In this document: positions 19,730-32,308 of the stretch, piece after piece
Layout of the letters: each line of letters begins with the position of its first letter
Numbering within the stretch: position 1 is the stretch's first letter
Origin: Escherichia coli
GTDB taxonomy: Bacteria > Pseudomonadota > Gammaproteobacteria > Enterobacterales > Enterobacteriaceae
Direction: 5' to 3' (one strand)
Assembly (NCBI GenBank): GCA_005400705.1
Contig: GCA_005400705.1_4079.1
DNA length: 64,000 bases
Program-made: the position numbers and the translations under genes
The notes under the pieces: model-generated
Seen by the model: the letters and a program-made list of their open reading frames with translations, nothing else
What the model was told of the DNA's origin: nothing
The model's database searches: none

Positions 19730-19786
19730 CTAAATAATTCAGTACCAAGGAGATTAATATGTTTAAAGATGAACGTCCAGATTTGT

Positions 19787-19824
<38 letters not shown>

Positions 19825-19899
19825 GAATTCCACAATCAGACGTATATGGTGTAAGTTACGTCGATGCAATCCAGAACAAGATCTCTGGTACTCTAGGAA

Positions 19900-20109
19900 G
19901 TGGTGAATGTTAACCTAGACGGGTTTGATAATTGGACGATAGGCAATTATTACTTGACTAGCAGGTTTAAACTAGAGGTGATAGTCCTTCACCAAACTGG
20001 AAAACCGGATGGACTTTTATTTAAAAGGGTAAGGCGTGGAAATATGTTTACAGAAGTTGCTTTTAGTAGCCTGTACGCCCCACGTCAAGGTAGCCGAAAG
20101 GCAAGTTAA
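19900..20109 (+). CDS. possible small basic protein, or part of a non-coding transcript
   Basis: 69 aa ORF in a locally GC-richer, structured-looking segment between a promoter and a T8-run terminator; coding status uncertain. Confidence 0.3.
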   Translation: MVNVNLDGFDNWTIGNYYLTSRFKLEVIVLHQTGKPDGLLFKRVRRGNMFTEVAFSSLYAPRQGSRKAS

Positions 20110-20187
20110 AACGGGTGGTTATAAAGCTGAATTAACAGCGGCGTTTAAAAGCGTCACCATCCATTTTTTTTAATTAAAGTTGGTGAT

Positions 20188-20577
<390 letters not shown>

Positions 20578-20602
20578 TATTCAGTACTGATATAATTAAT
20601 TT

Positions 20603-20839
<237 letters not shown>

Positions 20840-20912
20840 CTTTTTAATTTAAAAGTACTTTACTGTAGTGTTTAGTACCGTATAATGTAAACAAAAGGAT
20901 AAAATAAAACTC

Positions 20913-21437
<525 letters not shown>

Positions 21438-21459
21438 TTAAAAAATCAGTACTTTATTA

Positions 21460-21750
<291 letters not shown>

Positions 21751-21751
21751 T

Positions 21752-21844
<93 letters not shown>

Positions 21845-21861
21845 TTCACATGATATAGGGA

Positions 21862-22347
<486 letters not shown>

Positions 22348-22431
22348 AAGAACGAAATGTAGACGGTTGTATTCAGTACTGAATCACATGGGGAGGTTGT
22401 GATTCCCGATTCAGTAGCTTATAAAGCAATT

Positions 22432-22537
<106 letters not shown>

Positions 22538-22556
22538 AGAGGTACTTCGAGTATGC

Positions 22557-22682
<126 letters not shown>

Positions 22683-22684
22683 TA

Positions 22685-22771
<87 letters not shown>

Positions 22772-22826
22772 GACTGCCAAACAGCTTGAAGTACTTTGTA
22801 GTGCTGCACCTATGCCGACACTTGGC

Positions 22827-22936
<110 letters not shown>

Positions 22937-22940
22937 ATCT

Positions 22941-23011
22941 GGTTGATTAGTTAAATGGTATAACACGGATCTTGTAAGTCTGAGTCATTAGTTCGATTCT
23001 AATATTGACCA
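22941..23011 (+). tRNA. tRNA-Thr (anticodon UGU)
   Basis: Acceptor GGTTGAT / ATTGACC (with G-U pairs), D arm GTTA-AATGGTA-TAAC, anticodon loop CTTGTAA, T arm ATTAG-TTCGATT-CTAAT; no encoded CCA. Confidence 0.7.
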
Positions 23012-23076
23012 CAAATATATTCTTAGAAATAACATTTTTCTTGAAAATAAATACTCCATACTATATGGAGAACTAT

Positions 23077-23472
23077 ATGAAAGAAAAACGTTATTGTGCA
23101 TGTTGTAAAATTGAATTGGTTCGAAAGGGTCAAACAAAATATTGTAGTGTTGCATGTCAACAAGAGCTACAATATCAACAGAAAGTTGATAAATGGCTTA
23201 ACGGTGAACATCCAGGATATAAAGGTATTACTATACAGTTATGTCCATTTGTGAGAAGATATCTACATGAAACACGCGGAACTGCATGTGAAGAGTGTGG
23301 ATGGGATAAACGTCATCCAATAGATGGTGCAGTACTGACAGAAGTTGAGCACATTGATGGTGATGCTACAAATAATGACCTACCGAATTTAAAAATCCTT
23401 TGCCCTAATTGTCATTCGATGACACCAACATTCAGAGCGAGGAACAAGAACTCCGCAAGGAATCGTAAATAA
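23077..23472 (+). CDS. HNH endonuclease with zinc-ribbon
   Basis: EVEHIDGDATNNDLPNLKILCPNCHS HNH motif; start moved to the ATG after GGAG because track ORF start overlaps tRNA-Thr. Confidence 0.7.
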   Translation: MKEKRYCACCKIELVRKGQTKYCSVACQQELQYQQKVDKWLNGEHPGYKGITIQLCPFVRRYLHETRGTACEECGWDKRHPIDGAVLTEVEHIDGDATNNDLPNLKILCPNCHSMTPTFRARNKNSARNRK

Positions 23473-23489
23473 ATTTTTTAAGGTAAACT

Positions 23490-23906
23490 ATGAAATACAA
23501 CATTGTTAAAATGGTGAACTATGTATTAAAAAACAACAAATGGTCACTCCTGGATGAATATATAGATGATATTGGTGAAGTTAGAGTATTTTGCTATGAT
23601 CCATATTTGAATCAAACCACAGATTTGAGTAAATGTTTTAATATTTTTCTTGGTTATGAATTCAATAATCATTTTTATTCATTTGATGTGTATTTTGAAA
23701 AAGTTATATTCAGAAGTTATAAATGTGATAATCAAGATTATGATGAATCAATTGAATTGAATGTTAACGATATTGATACTGAAGAAAAATTCTTCCAGTA
23801 CTGCCTCGTTAACAACACATTAGGATTAACATTTGATGACATTAGTGCTATCCTTAAAGTTCAAAGATTGATTCCAGAAGAGGTATTAAATCCGTTAAAT
23901 GACTAG
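23490..23906 (+). CDS. hypothetical protein, EExFFQxS-motif paralog family
   Basis: Motif TEEKFFQYCLVNNTLGLTFDDI. Confidence 0.6.
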   Translation: MKYNIVKMVNYVLKNNKWSLLDEYIDDIGEVRVFCYDPYLNQTTDLSKCFNIFLGYEFNNHFYSFDVYFEKVIFRSYKCDNQDYDESIELNVNDIDTEEKFFQYCLVNNTLGLTFDDISAILKVQRLIPEEVLNPLND

Positions 23907-24264
23907 TCTAATAGTACGTATAATGCAAGATGTTTGTAATAACCTTTATACAGGCAATTTTGACGATCCGAACATAAAAATATTATGTTATGATGGTTTT
24001 ACAATGGTACATCCAGCCTATTCAAATAATATCTACGTAGCATATACAGGTGAAAATCTATTATATCAATTTGATATATATAGTACAATGACAAAGATAA
24101 TTTTGGATGCATCTAAACCAGCAATCTTTATTGCTTCTCATGATTACCATTACACTGAAGAATCACTATTTCAGTACTCAATGATTAATGACATTGGTGG
24201 GTTGACATTGGATGAGGTTAATGCTATACTAGCTGTCTCACGTTTGGTTAAAACCCACAATTAG
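23899..24264 (+). CDS. hypothetical protein, EExFFQxS-motif paralog family
   Basis: Motif TEESLFQYSMINDIGGLTLDEV. Confidence 0.6.
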   Translation: MTSLIVRIMQDVCNNLYTGNFDDPNIKILCYDGFTMVHPAYSNNIYVAYTGENLLYQFDIYSTMTKIILDASKPAIFIASHDYHYTEESLFQYSMINDIGGLTLDEVNAILAVSRLVKTHN

Positions 24265-24273
24265 GAGATTCAT

Positions 24274-24465
24274 ATGTTCTGGAATTTATTATGCTTGTTT
24301 GGTCGTACATTGGTTCTTGCTATTATTCATACACCTGGTATTCGTAATTATGTTTCTTATGAATTTAAGAAAAATTATCACAACAATACTGAAGTTCGTA
24401 CAACTAAGATGTGCAAAGACTTCAAGGTAGATGTTCCACCATTCAAGAAGTACGAGGATGAATAA
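24274..24465 (+). CDS. small membrane-associated protein (hypothetical)
   Basis: SD AGGAG; hydrophobic N-terminus. Confidence 0.45.
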   Translation: MFWNLLCLFGRTLVLAIIHTPGIRNYVSYEFKKNYHNNTEVRTTKMCKDFKVDVPPFKKYEDE

Positions 24466-24749
24466 TGGAATTCATTGTTGCACCTGATGAACTTAAAACA
24501 TTCACGTTCAGAGATAATAACAATTATCCTTATACAAATCATTCATTGAATTCATTACATGTTATTGCAATCATTGCATCTGAATACAGGGATAATCCAT
24601 GTATTGATTTTAAAACCACTGATGGCGAATATACATGGGTGATCCCAAAAGATAAATATAGTTATCAAGGGGCAGTAGAAATTCGTGACTCGATTCTAAA
24701 ACAAATCGAAGATGGAAATACTCATCCTAAACTAAACACTCAGTACTGA
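24465..24749 (+). CDS. hypothetical protein
   Basis: ATGA overlap with upstream ORF. Confidence 0.5.
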   Translation: MEFIVAPDELKTFTFRDNNNYPYTNHSLNSLHVIAIIASEYRDNPCIDFKTTDGEYTWVIPKDKYSYQGAVEIRDSILKQIEDGNTHPKLNTQY

Positions 24750-24762
24750 AATCGTTTAACCC

Positions 24763-24817
24763 GATAGCTTCTAGTCAGTACTGATTCCTCCTTATGTATA
24801 GAAGCTATCACTTTTTT
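24763..24817 (+). terminator. long hairpin + T-run (terminator or regulatory structure)
   Basis: 11 bp arms GATAGCTTCTA / TAGAAGCTATC around a 24 nt loop containing TCAGTACTGA, followed by a T6 run. Confidence 0.45.
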
Positions 24818-24938
24818 ACGTATAATGATATTACCCTCAAATTCATTATATTCGTTACCCTCTAACAGTATCTTTTTATTCCTCTTGGATGCTGTAATTT
24901 AGAAGTTGACTTTTTAACTTCTACTGTGTTATACTTAA

Positions 24939-24966
24939 GGCTGATTCGATGAATCGGCCTTTTTTC
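24939..24966 (+). terminator. intrinsic terminator
   Basis: GGCTGATTC-GAT-GAATCGGCC hairpin followed by a T6 run. Confidence 0.55.
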
Positions 24967-24974
24967 TTATATAG

Positions 24975-25403
24975 GTGAATGCAATGAGTTATTTGTTTAC
25001 TTTAATTGATAAGTATGTTGACATTGTATACCGTCAAGTTTGTAGTGATACGTTTGAAACAAAAAACCCAATTAGAGATGGCATTTTTGATGTTGTCGTT
25101 GGATCATTTTTGAATGGATACACAGAGACATTATACAACAGTAATAATATTTTTATTTCAGTTCAATCCAGACATACATCAGACTATGCTGTTAGCATTG
25201 ATATTTGGGAAAATAATATAGAAATAGATATAACGGAACATACTAACATTCATGTTGATGATACATTTAATCAATTAACTGAAGAAATGTACTTGCAGTT
25301 GAATTTTGTACATGATCTTACAAATATCAGTTATGATACATTAAGGAAAATATGTTTTCTTAGTGGGGTGATCCGTAGTAATATGAGTAAGGATGGGAAG
25401 TGA
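24975..25403 (+). CDS. hypothetical protein, EExFFQxS-motif paralog family
   Basis: Motif TEEMYLQLNFVHDLTNISYDTL. Confidence 0.55.
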   Translation: MNAMSYLFTLIDKYVDIVYRQVCSDTFETKNPIRDGIFDVVVGSFLNGYTETLYNSNNIFISVQSRHTSDYAVSIDIWENNIEIDITEHTNIHVDDTFNQLTEEMYLQLNFVHDLTNISYDTLRKICFLSGVIRSNMSKDGK

Positions 25404-25821
25404 AATGTTAAAAATTCCACCTAAGTCGTTAACACATCTTATTGAATGTGGTGTAATATTTTCCGAAGGTGATACCTCATCATACACATTGGTCGATGAA
25501 CCTTATAATTTTTCATACCAATCTTATAAAAATAATTCTAAAATTTCTTGTAGATATGCTGAAAACATATTAATAGATGTTTCGTTACATAATGTTCCGA
25601 AATTTTACATTGATATCTTTGGTGATTCTTTGACAATTCGAACATATGATTATTTTATTAATAAAGACCTCTTGAGTCTTCCAATTGAACATGATACTAT
25701 AGATTCAGAGATGTTCTTTCAGCTATCAACAGTTTACGATTTACAGGGTTTAACTGTTGAGCAGTTGAATGGAATATTTGAGATTTCACGAAACATACGA
25801 AGCAGGAATAAAAATGTCTAA
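25393..25821 (+). CDS. hypothetical protein, EExFFQxS-motif paralog family
   Basis: Motif DSEMFFQLSTVYDLQGLTVEQL. Confidence 0.6.
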   Translation: MGSEMLKIPPKSLTHLIECGVIFSEGDTSSYTLVDEPYNFSYQSYKNNSKISCRYAENILIDVSLHNVPKFYIDIFGDSLTIRTYDYFINKDLLSLPIEHDTIDSEMFFQLSTVYDLQGLTVEQLNGIFEISRNIRSRNKNV

Positions 25822-26224
25822 TATTTTAAATGAAAAAACAGTTGATGTTGTTATTGGTGTTCTTAACACCGCAACTTCATTTCAGAAGAAACACAGTGTT
25901 GTATACTTTGGTGAAGATTGTTGGCTGAACTATACTAATAATTCGTTTATAATTCGTGTAGAGGCTGATGATATTGGATTAACCGTTCAGGTAGGATGTG
26001 CCAAAACTGACAAACAAATCACTGTCATTGTTGATAAACTTACGTCTTCTTTTTATGATAGTATAGATGATTGTGAACACTATAGTTCAACATTTTATGA
26101 TACAGAAGAAGAACATTTTATGGAAAGTACTGTTCAAGAGTTAGCTATTCCATATAAGCTAATGAAAGCCGTGAGTGATTTAATTTTAAAATATAAAAAA
26201 ATAGGAGTTACTAATGCAATTTAA
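25814..26224 (+). CDS. hypothetical protein, EExFFQxS-motif paralog family
   Basis: Internal ATG after AGGAA (track ORF 25769-26224); motif TEEEHFMESTVQEL. Confidence 0.55.
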   Translation: MSNILNEKTVDVVIGVLNTATSFQKKHSVVYFGEDCWLNYTNNSFIIRVEADDIGLTVQVGCAKTDKQITVIVDKLTSSFYDSIDDCEHYSSTFYDTEEEHFMESTVQELAIPYKLMKAVSDLILKYKKIGVTNAI

Positions 26225-26660
26225 TGGTAAAGTTTCCAAAGTAGGTTTGGTTTTTGAAAACTGTGAATTTGTTGATATTGATGTAAAGAATGTTTTATGG
26301 ATGCATATTGCTGATGAGAAGACTCTTTGTAGCCGTTTTTCAAACGGACTGACAATTAGTACTGTTATCGGTGAGTTCGGTATTGCATTACGCAGCAATA
26401 CACCATCGGATTTCATGGACAACTCTACACTGTTAGACCGTTTAAAAATGCGTGACGTTACACACGTTTATCTATATGATACTAACGGTGTTGAACAGCG
26501 TTATGTAGTTGAATGGGCTAATTATAACCTTAGTGATCAATATTCAGTAAACCAGCGTGTTCAAATCACCCCTGGTGGTAATATTGTGTTTGTTAGTTCA
26601 ACTGGTAAATTAATCAGTGTAGATGATAAAAATATTGATCTATTCACTGCATATAACTAA
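26214..26660 (+). CDS. hypothetical protein
   Basis: SD AGGAG. Confidence 0.5.
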   Translation: MQFNGKVSKVGLVFENCEFVDIDVKNVLWMHIADEKTLCSRFSNGLTISTVIGEFGIALRSNTPSDFMDNSTLLDRLKMRDVTHVYLYDTNGVEQRYVVEWANYNLSDQYSVNQRVQITPGGNIVFVSSTGKLISVDDKNIDLFTAYN

Positions 26661-26671
26661 CAAGAGCTTTT

Positions 26672-27091
26672 ATGAAAACAATCAAAGTGCATTTCAAAGA
26701 CACATGGACAGAAGTGAGTACTGGTAATATTCAGGATATTTTATATAGTACTGAAACTATTCATGTTTATGATGAAGATACTGCTGCCGAGCAGTTAAAA
26801 GTTTTGCATCGTAGTGTTGGTGAGCACACTGAATATGGCATTAAACATACTCGTGAATTACTTAATACTAATCACATTGAAACCCGTAAAGCAAACTTAT
26901 CAAAAGAAGAAATGTTCGATTTCATCCTGAACCATAAAGTTCATATTGAGCCTGATGGGTCTATATGGGAGAACACTGCTGGACAAAAAGTGCTGAAAAA
27001 ATATCATGTTTCAATTGATAATGTAAAAATGTCAGGGTATGATTTGGAAGATGCAATTAATGAATATGTATCTAGGCAGAGGGCAAATTGA
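26672..27091 (+). CDS. hypothetical protein
   Basis: 139 aa ORF. Confidence 0.5.
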   Translation: MKTIKVHFKDTWTEVSTGNIQDILYSTETIHVYDEDTAAEQLKVLHRSVGEHTEYGIKHTRELLNTNHIETRKANLSKEEMFDFILNHKVHIEPDGSIWENTAGQKVLKKYHVSIDNVKMSGYDLEDAINEYVSRQRAN

Positions 27092-27462
27092 TGAGCTTGA
27101 TAACATTTACAATTATTTGTTGCATTACTATTGTACTTTGTCGCCTGATTCATGTATACTCATATCATAAAGCGTTGCGAATCGAACAAGAGATTTACAA
27201 CGAAAACCGAGAACCAGAACCAGTCAAGAAGCCACCATCACCTTATGGGTTGAAACGTGAGATGCATTCTCAAAGTAAAAAGTGGGGTTATGCAATTACT
27301 AAAAATGGCTACATCTATACTGCAAGTAATGGTTATTTTCAAATTCACCACGAATTAGAAGTGGCAGTTCAAATTTTGTGGGAGATGGAGGACATTGGTG
27401 GTTATGAGCGTACTAAGTTTGAATTCATATCAAATGATCCAGGAACTTCACGAGAAACATGA
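27088..27462 (+). CDS. membrane-anchored protein (hypothetical)
   Basis: N-terminal TM segment; ATGA overlap. Confidence 0.5.
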   Translation: MMSLITFTIICCITIVLCRLIHVYSYHKALRIEQEIYNENREPEPVKKPPSPYGLKREMHSQSKKWGYAITKNGYIYTASNGYFQIHHELEVAVQILWEMEDIGGYERTKFEFISNDPGTSRET

Positions 27463-27607
27463 TATAATTGTTGATGTGGAGAAGAAGGAAGTCGTTATGA
27501 AAAAGCAAGCATATAGAATTTTAGAAGACTTCCATCTAAAAGCATTTATAATGAAGTTCTGTACAGATGAACATCTTACCGGACGAGTAATACGTAAGGA
27601 GTTGTAA

Positions 27608-27949
27608 ATGAACTTAAGTTCAACAATTCAGTACTTGAGCAGTAACTTCGAGAAAATTATTTCTCGCGGTGGGATGATTGTACACCCAGAAACAGAGGAA
27701 ATGTACATCATTGGATTTGATAAAAAATCTTATGATCAAGTACTTGTAATTTCCAAGTTAGAAAGTTATAATGAAGTTGTTCAGTTTTGCTGTACCGAAT
27801 TTGGTATCTATATTAAAGACGCTGAAACTAATACAATTTCGCATTATTTTTACCACACACTGATGGGTACTAAAGACTTCGGCTTGAAGTTCGATGATTT
27901 AGTACAATGTCACTATATGTTTAAAACCTTCCCAGCTAGTGGGCATTAA
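27608..27949 (+). CDS. hypothetical protein
   Basis: SD AAGGAG. Confidence 0.5.
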   Translation: MNLSSTIQYLSSNFEKIISRGGMIVHPETEEMYIIGFDKKSYDQVLVISKLESYNEVVQFCCTEFGIYIKDAETNTISHYFYHTLMGTKDFGLKFDDLVQCHYMFKTFPASGH

Positions 27950-27962
27950 GGAGTATATCAAT

Positions 27963-28751
27963 ATGAGCAACATTTTCTTCAAAACTATTTCTTTCAAAAA
28001 AGCATCTTACTCCTACGCCTACGTTGATGGTAAAGTGCTTAATATTGTACTGGATGGTGTTGACGTACCAGTTGAATTTAAAACACATGAAGAAGCAGTT
28101 GAAGGTGCTAAAGAATTGAATTCAATTCTTAATGGTGAAGTAAGTCAAAAACAACATGTAAAATCTGATTTAGATGTACTTTTGGAAAAAATCAAAACTG
28201 GTGAAGTATTAGAAATTTTAGACAACTGTAATGAAAAACTTCGTAATGTAGTTAATAATGTTCGTGACCAGATTCAAGAAAAAGCACTAGAGCAAGCATT
28301 CAAACATGTATCCAAGAATGCTGAATCTCGTATTGACGGTATGGTTAAAAATCTTGATGATGTACTATCTCATCTCTTTACTAAAGAATACGAACAAGAA
28401 GTTGAAGAAGAACCAGTAAAAGAAACTAAAAAAGAAAAACGTAGCTTTGGCTCAGGTGATGATGTGTTTGGTTTTACGAATGTCCGAACAAGTGCAGATG
28501 AACCAAAAGAAATTAGTGAGATGCTCATTGGTGACATGACAACTAAGCAGCTTCGTAATGAAATTGACAAGTTTGTAACTAGTTGTATCAAATCAGAACG
28601 TGCACAAAGTATGTTTAAAAGCATTAGTGAGAACTTTGGTCCAGAAGCAACTGAGCAGGCACTAACTGCATTTAAAGAATTGATTTATAATGTAGCCATT
28701 AGCAATCCAGATAAAACACTTGAAGAAGTTCTACGTGACAATTTCAAATAA
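27963..28751 (+). CDS. hypothetical acidic protein
   Basis: ATG after AAGGAG (track ORF 27939-28751); E/K-rich. Confidence 0.5.
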   Translation: MSNIFFKTISFKKASYSYAYVDGKVLNIVLDGVDVPVEFKTHEEAVEGAKELNSILNGEVSQKQHVKSDLDVLLEKIKTGEVLEILDNCNEKLRNVVNNVRDQIQEKALEQAFKHVSKNAESRIDGMVKNLDDVLSHLFTKEYEQEVEEEPVKETKKEKRSFGSGDDVFGFTNVRTSADEPKEISEMLIGDMTTKQLRNEIDKFVTSCIKSERAQSMFKSISENFGPEATEQALTAFKELIYNVAISNPDKTLEEVLRDNFK

Positions 28752-28766
28752 TTAGATAAAATTAAA

Positions 28767-28792
28767 GCCACTACAATGTAGTGGCTTTTTTT
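28767..28792. terminator. bidirectional intrinsic terminator
   Basis: GCCACTA-CAATG-TAGTGGC hairpin flanked by an A-run upstream and a T7 run downstream, between convergent genes. Confidence 0.6.
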
Positions 28793-28793
28793 A

Positions 28794-29948
28794 TTATGCG
28801 TTGTAACCAACTATTACGACTGAGCAGTCAAGCGGTTCTACTACTTTAAGAATTACATTATCATCTTCATCCACTTGTATTTCACTATGAACTACATGAT
28901 TGTCTGAAGAATATAATTGAACTTGTGGTAGTGCTTTACCATGTTCAGTTACTGGAACTGAGATAGAGTACATAGAGTCTTCACTGAGAACCCACTCACT
29001 TAAAGTATATTCTTTATGGAAAGGAGTAGTATGCAGTGTTTTTCCGATTATACTCAAAGAAACAGGTAAATTATCAGTTTGATACACAGTAATATTACCT
29101 TCTGCGTCTACAGAAAGATCTACACCAACTTGATATAAGTCACCACTGTATGCTTGAAGTGCTAAGTACTGTCCACGATCATGAACATCAAATGGAACAA
29201 CCGCAGAAAATACACCTTCCGAAACAGGTTCAAATTGGGATAGAAGAACTGATGTAACAAAATCAATATCCTCACCACTTTCAAGAACATCAAATTCCAC
29301 CACTTTAGTGTTATAATATGGAGAAGTGAGCGTAGCAGTACCTTTCCCTGATTGTGTGATAACATCAACTGGAATTGTAAATGCATCATTAACAAATTGG
29401 GTAGTAAAGTATTCTGTCCCGTCTGGTAATACGATTGTTATTACCATACCGTTAGTATCAATTTCTGAACCAGTGTTGAATAATTTACCACTAATTGAGT
29501 CATTACCAACAAATACTGGTGAAATGAGAATATTATCTATATCACGATCTATAATACCACATTCAGGTGTATACATATGATACAAGGTTTGTGAACTACC
29601 TAAAATTGTTTTATGTAGCATAAATTTATATACAAATCCAGTATCAGTTTCTTGTGGCTCTTCAGAATATCCACGAACAAAGAAACAATTTTTATTAATT
29701 TCACTTAATAGTTGGTCATTAGTTTTATTGTAATTTAATAGATAACCTTTATTATCTTTAGTTGTTATTTGTACTTTACGATATATTATATTAGTTCTTG
29801 GATCAATTAAATCATATAATCTATGGCTTCTTTGGCGATAGATTCTAATATTTTTTAGTCTAGTTCCATCGTTGAGGATTGCACCATCAACAACATAACC
29901 ACATTCACCAAACTTATAGTGTCCAGCCGCAGCAATTGACCTTGACAT
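28794..29948 (-). CDS. large hypothetical protein (384 aa), possibly structural or host-interaction
   Basis: Only long minus-strand ORF in the middle of the plus-strand block; preceded on the minus strand by GGAGGGATAA-ATG. Confidence 0.6.
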   Translation of the reverse strand: MSRSIAAAGHYKFGECGYVVDGAILNDGTRLKNIRIYRQRSHRLYDLIDPRTNIIYRKVQITTKDNKGYLLNYNKTNDQLLSEINKNCFFVRGYSEEPQETDTGFVYKFMLHKTILGSSQTLYHMYTPECGIIDRDIDNILISPVFVGNDSISGKLFNTGSEIDTNGMVITIVLPDGTEYFTTQFVNDAFTIPVDVITQSGKGTATLTSPYYNTKVVEFDVLESGEDIDFVTSVLLSQFEPVSEGVFSAVVPFDVHDRGQYLALQAYSGDLYQVGVDLSVDAEGNITVYQTDNLPVSLSIIGKTLHTTPFHKEYTLSEWVLSEDSMYSISVPVTEHGKALPQVQLYSSDNHVVHSEIQVDEDDNVILKVVEPLDCSVVIVGYNA

Positions 29949-30008
29949 TTATCCCTCCATTGGTATAATTATTATAACGTATTTATTATGCATATCCAAA
30001 AAATGAGC

Positions 30009-30037
30009 TTGACTGGTGTATGATTTGGTGTTATCAT
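30009..30037 (+). promoter_or_regulatory. sigma70-like promoter
   Basis: TTGACT - 17 nt - TATCAT. Confidence 0.45.
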
Positions 30038-30064
30038 GTAATGAATGAATAATGAGGTGTTTTT

Positions 30065-30649
30065 ATGAATGTTATTGATAATAGATTAGTACTGAAAAAT
30101 GGAAAAATGACTGTTAAGTTATATAAAGATGAAGCAGATTCTTTTATGGCAAAAGCGATTGAAAAATCAGAACGATATAAACTTTTGGCTCCAGCCAGTA
30201 AATCGCCATATGGTTTTAATCATGCACATAGTCATTTTGTTGGTATGGTATGTGAGCACGCATCTTTAGTACTTTTTAATGAAATTGAAAACAATACTGG
30301 TATTAAACTTAATATCGATCCAGCATTCCAAAATGAAGCACGTGACGGTGAATGTGATATTAAGGTAAACAACCTTCGTATTGAAGTAAAAGGTATCAAG
30401 TATAAATCATGGACTGACTTTGGACCATGTGTTAGTACTCGACAGTTAAAAAATATCCAGAAAAAAGCTGACGTAATACTATGGGTATTGTATAATGAGA
30501 AAAAACAAGAGTTCACGTTTGAGGGATTCAACTATGTAAAAGATATTAGTTCTATCCCAGTTATCCTCACTGGTGTACCAGGGCGACCAATGATTGAAAA
30601 TCACCCAGTACTCGGTATTATGAAACCACTACAGGAGTTACCATTGTGA
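30065..30649 (+). CDS. hypothetical protein (possible nuclease-like D...E.K pattern)
   Basis: 194 aa ORF; DGECDIKVNNLRIEVKG is weakly PD-(D/E)xK-like. Confidence 0.45.
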   Translation: MNVIDNRLVLKNGKMTVKLYKDEADSFMAKAIEKSERYKLLAPASKSPYGFNHAHSHFVGMVCEHASLVLFNEIENNTGIKLNIDPAFQNEARDGECDIKVNNLRIEVKGIKYKSWTDFGPCVSTRQLKNIQKKADVILWVLYNEKKQEFTFEGFNYVKDISSIPVILTGVPGRPMIENHPVLGIMKPLQELPL

Positions 30650-30873
30650 TTACTGCAACTGTATATCAAGATATCAATGAAGAATTTCATTCTAAAATTG
30701 CGTTCTTATCATTTCCTGTACTCCCAGCAGTTGGGTCAACGTTGAATCTTACCATTTGTGGTTTTGAGAAATATTATAAAGTACTAGATATTGAGTACTG
30801 TGCTGATGTATATTCATGTAATAGTGAAATTGCAATTCCAGTATCAATCGATATTATTGTAAAAGAGGTTTGA
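30646..30873 (+). CDS. hypothetical protein
   Basis: GTG start overlapping the upstream stop. Confidence 0.4.
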   Translation: MITATVYQDINEEFHSKIAFLSFPVLPAVGSTLNLTICGFEKYYKVLDIEYCADVYSCNSEIAIPVSIDIIVKEV

Positions 30874-30875
30874 TT

Positions 30876-31331
30876 ATGTTTAAGAATTTTATGGTTATCG
30901 TAGCAGTACTGTTTGGTACATCATGTTTCATTTCCCCAGTACACGCAGAAGAACAACGTCAAACTATTAAAACTATTGGGACTGGTAAAACTCCCCCTAA
31001 ACGTACTGCTGAAGAATACATGCCTGAAATGCGTGAACGTTATCGTCAGACATACAGGGAAAAACATGCTAATGATAAACCCATCAAGAAGCATAAATGG
31101 GAAGTTGTTAAATCTCCTTCATTTTGTGCTGGATATGCTAAAGTAAAGATTGAGCAGCACAAAAAACAGTACTATAAAGATATGTATTACTTCTATGACT
31201 CCAGAATTTCTGACACAGATATGATGGCAGGGAAGGTTGATAAAGAAGAATTTCTACAAGGCTATGATATGATGGACGATGACAAAATCATGGAATGCGT
31301 TGAAGTGTATGAAAAATACAGAGGCTTCTGA
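30876..31331 (+). CDS. secreted protein (signal peptide), hypothetical
   Basis: ATG after AGAGG; MFKNFMVIVAVLFGTSCFISPVHA then charged mature region. Confidence 0.5.
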   Translation: MFKNFMVIVAVLFGTSCFISPVHAEEQRQTIKTIGTGKTPPKRTAEEYMPEMRERYRQTYREKHANDKPIKKHKWEVVKSPSFCAGYAKVKIEQHKKQYYKDMYYFYDSRISDTDMMAGKVDKEEFLQGYDMMDDDKIMECVEVYEKYRGF

Positions 31332-31807
31332 TGTTAACAATAGTGTTGTTGGTAAGTCCATTTGTGTATTTTGTGCTGTATAATATTTTTAGTAATGCTA
31401 ATCATTTTAAATATGCACAAACAATTGCAAAACATGAAGGATTTTGGAATTTTTTCCCAGCGTTACTATGCTCATATCTATACCATGAACGCTATTTCAT
31501 TTTTCCTGAATATAAAAATTATGGTTATGATTCTAAAGTAAATGGTATAATTGAGTACTGTATAAGAAATTATCTTAATAATAATGATAACGTCCAAGTA
31601 AGAATAGGAAATGGTAATATACCAAGAATAGTTTTCATACCTGATATACAAGACCCAATATACTTATATCCATATGATTATAGTATTAGTGTAGGTTGTT
31701 CGATACATGGTAGTAAATCTATGTACGATTACTTTATCTTACCACCAACACAAATTAGATTAATAGAAAAATATTTGATGGAAAAGTTTGACAACAAAGA
31801 TTCTTAG
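31331..31807 (+). CDS. membrane-anchored protein (hypothetical)
   Basis: N-terminal hydrophobic segment; ATGA overlap. Confidence 0.5.
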   Translation: MLTIVLLVSPFVYFVLYNIFSNANHFKYAQTIAKHEGFWNFFPALLCSYLYHERYFIFPEYKNYGYDSKVNGIIEYCIRNYLNNNDNVQVRIGNGNIPRIVFIPDIQDPIYLYPYDYSISVGCSIHGSKSMYDYFILPPTQIRLIEKYLMEKFDNKDS

Positions 31808-31848
31808 TATTATAATTAACACACCAAGTAACCCAAGGGGGATGGAAA

Positions 31849-32307
31849 ATGGATGTATTAGCTACAAATTTCAAACGTAATGTTGAAGAGCGTGAAGGTT
31901 ATTTTAGTATTAGTGAAGTTGTCGATGACAATTTTAAACAATACATTTTTAATAGTGCAATTAAATTAAAATGCACAAAGGATTCACCTGATCGTAGCTT
32001 TACTAAATGGATTGCATATTGGGAGGATTCACCAGTTGCAATTGAAATGACTGTGATTACAACAGTACTTGAAACTGGTTACATCAAAGCCATTATAGTT
32101 GATAAGAAAGTCCGTACTCTTGATGAAATTAATCCATATCCAGCCCGAAATTCTAAAGTTTTTGGTGTGTTGGTTGATGGTAAATTTATGATAGAAAAAG
32201 ATGCAAAGGAATATGTAATTAATAAACTTCAAACTACATCAGAAAAAAAGGAAGTATTGGATCAAAACTCTGTTGATGCAATCAAAAAAGCATGGGGACT
32301 AAAGTAA
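31849..32307 (+). CDS. hypothetical protein
   Basis: SD GGGGGATGG. Confidence 0.5.
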   Translation: MDVLATNFKRNVEEREGYFSISEVVDDNFKQYIFNSAIKLKCTKDSPDRSFTKWIAYWEDSPVAIEMTVITTVLETGYIKAIIVDKKVRTLDEINPYPARNSKVFGVLVDGKFMIEKDAKEYVINKLQTTSEKKEVLDQNSVDAIKKAWGLK

Positions 32308-32308
32308 T

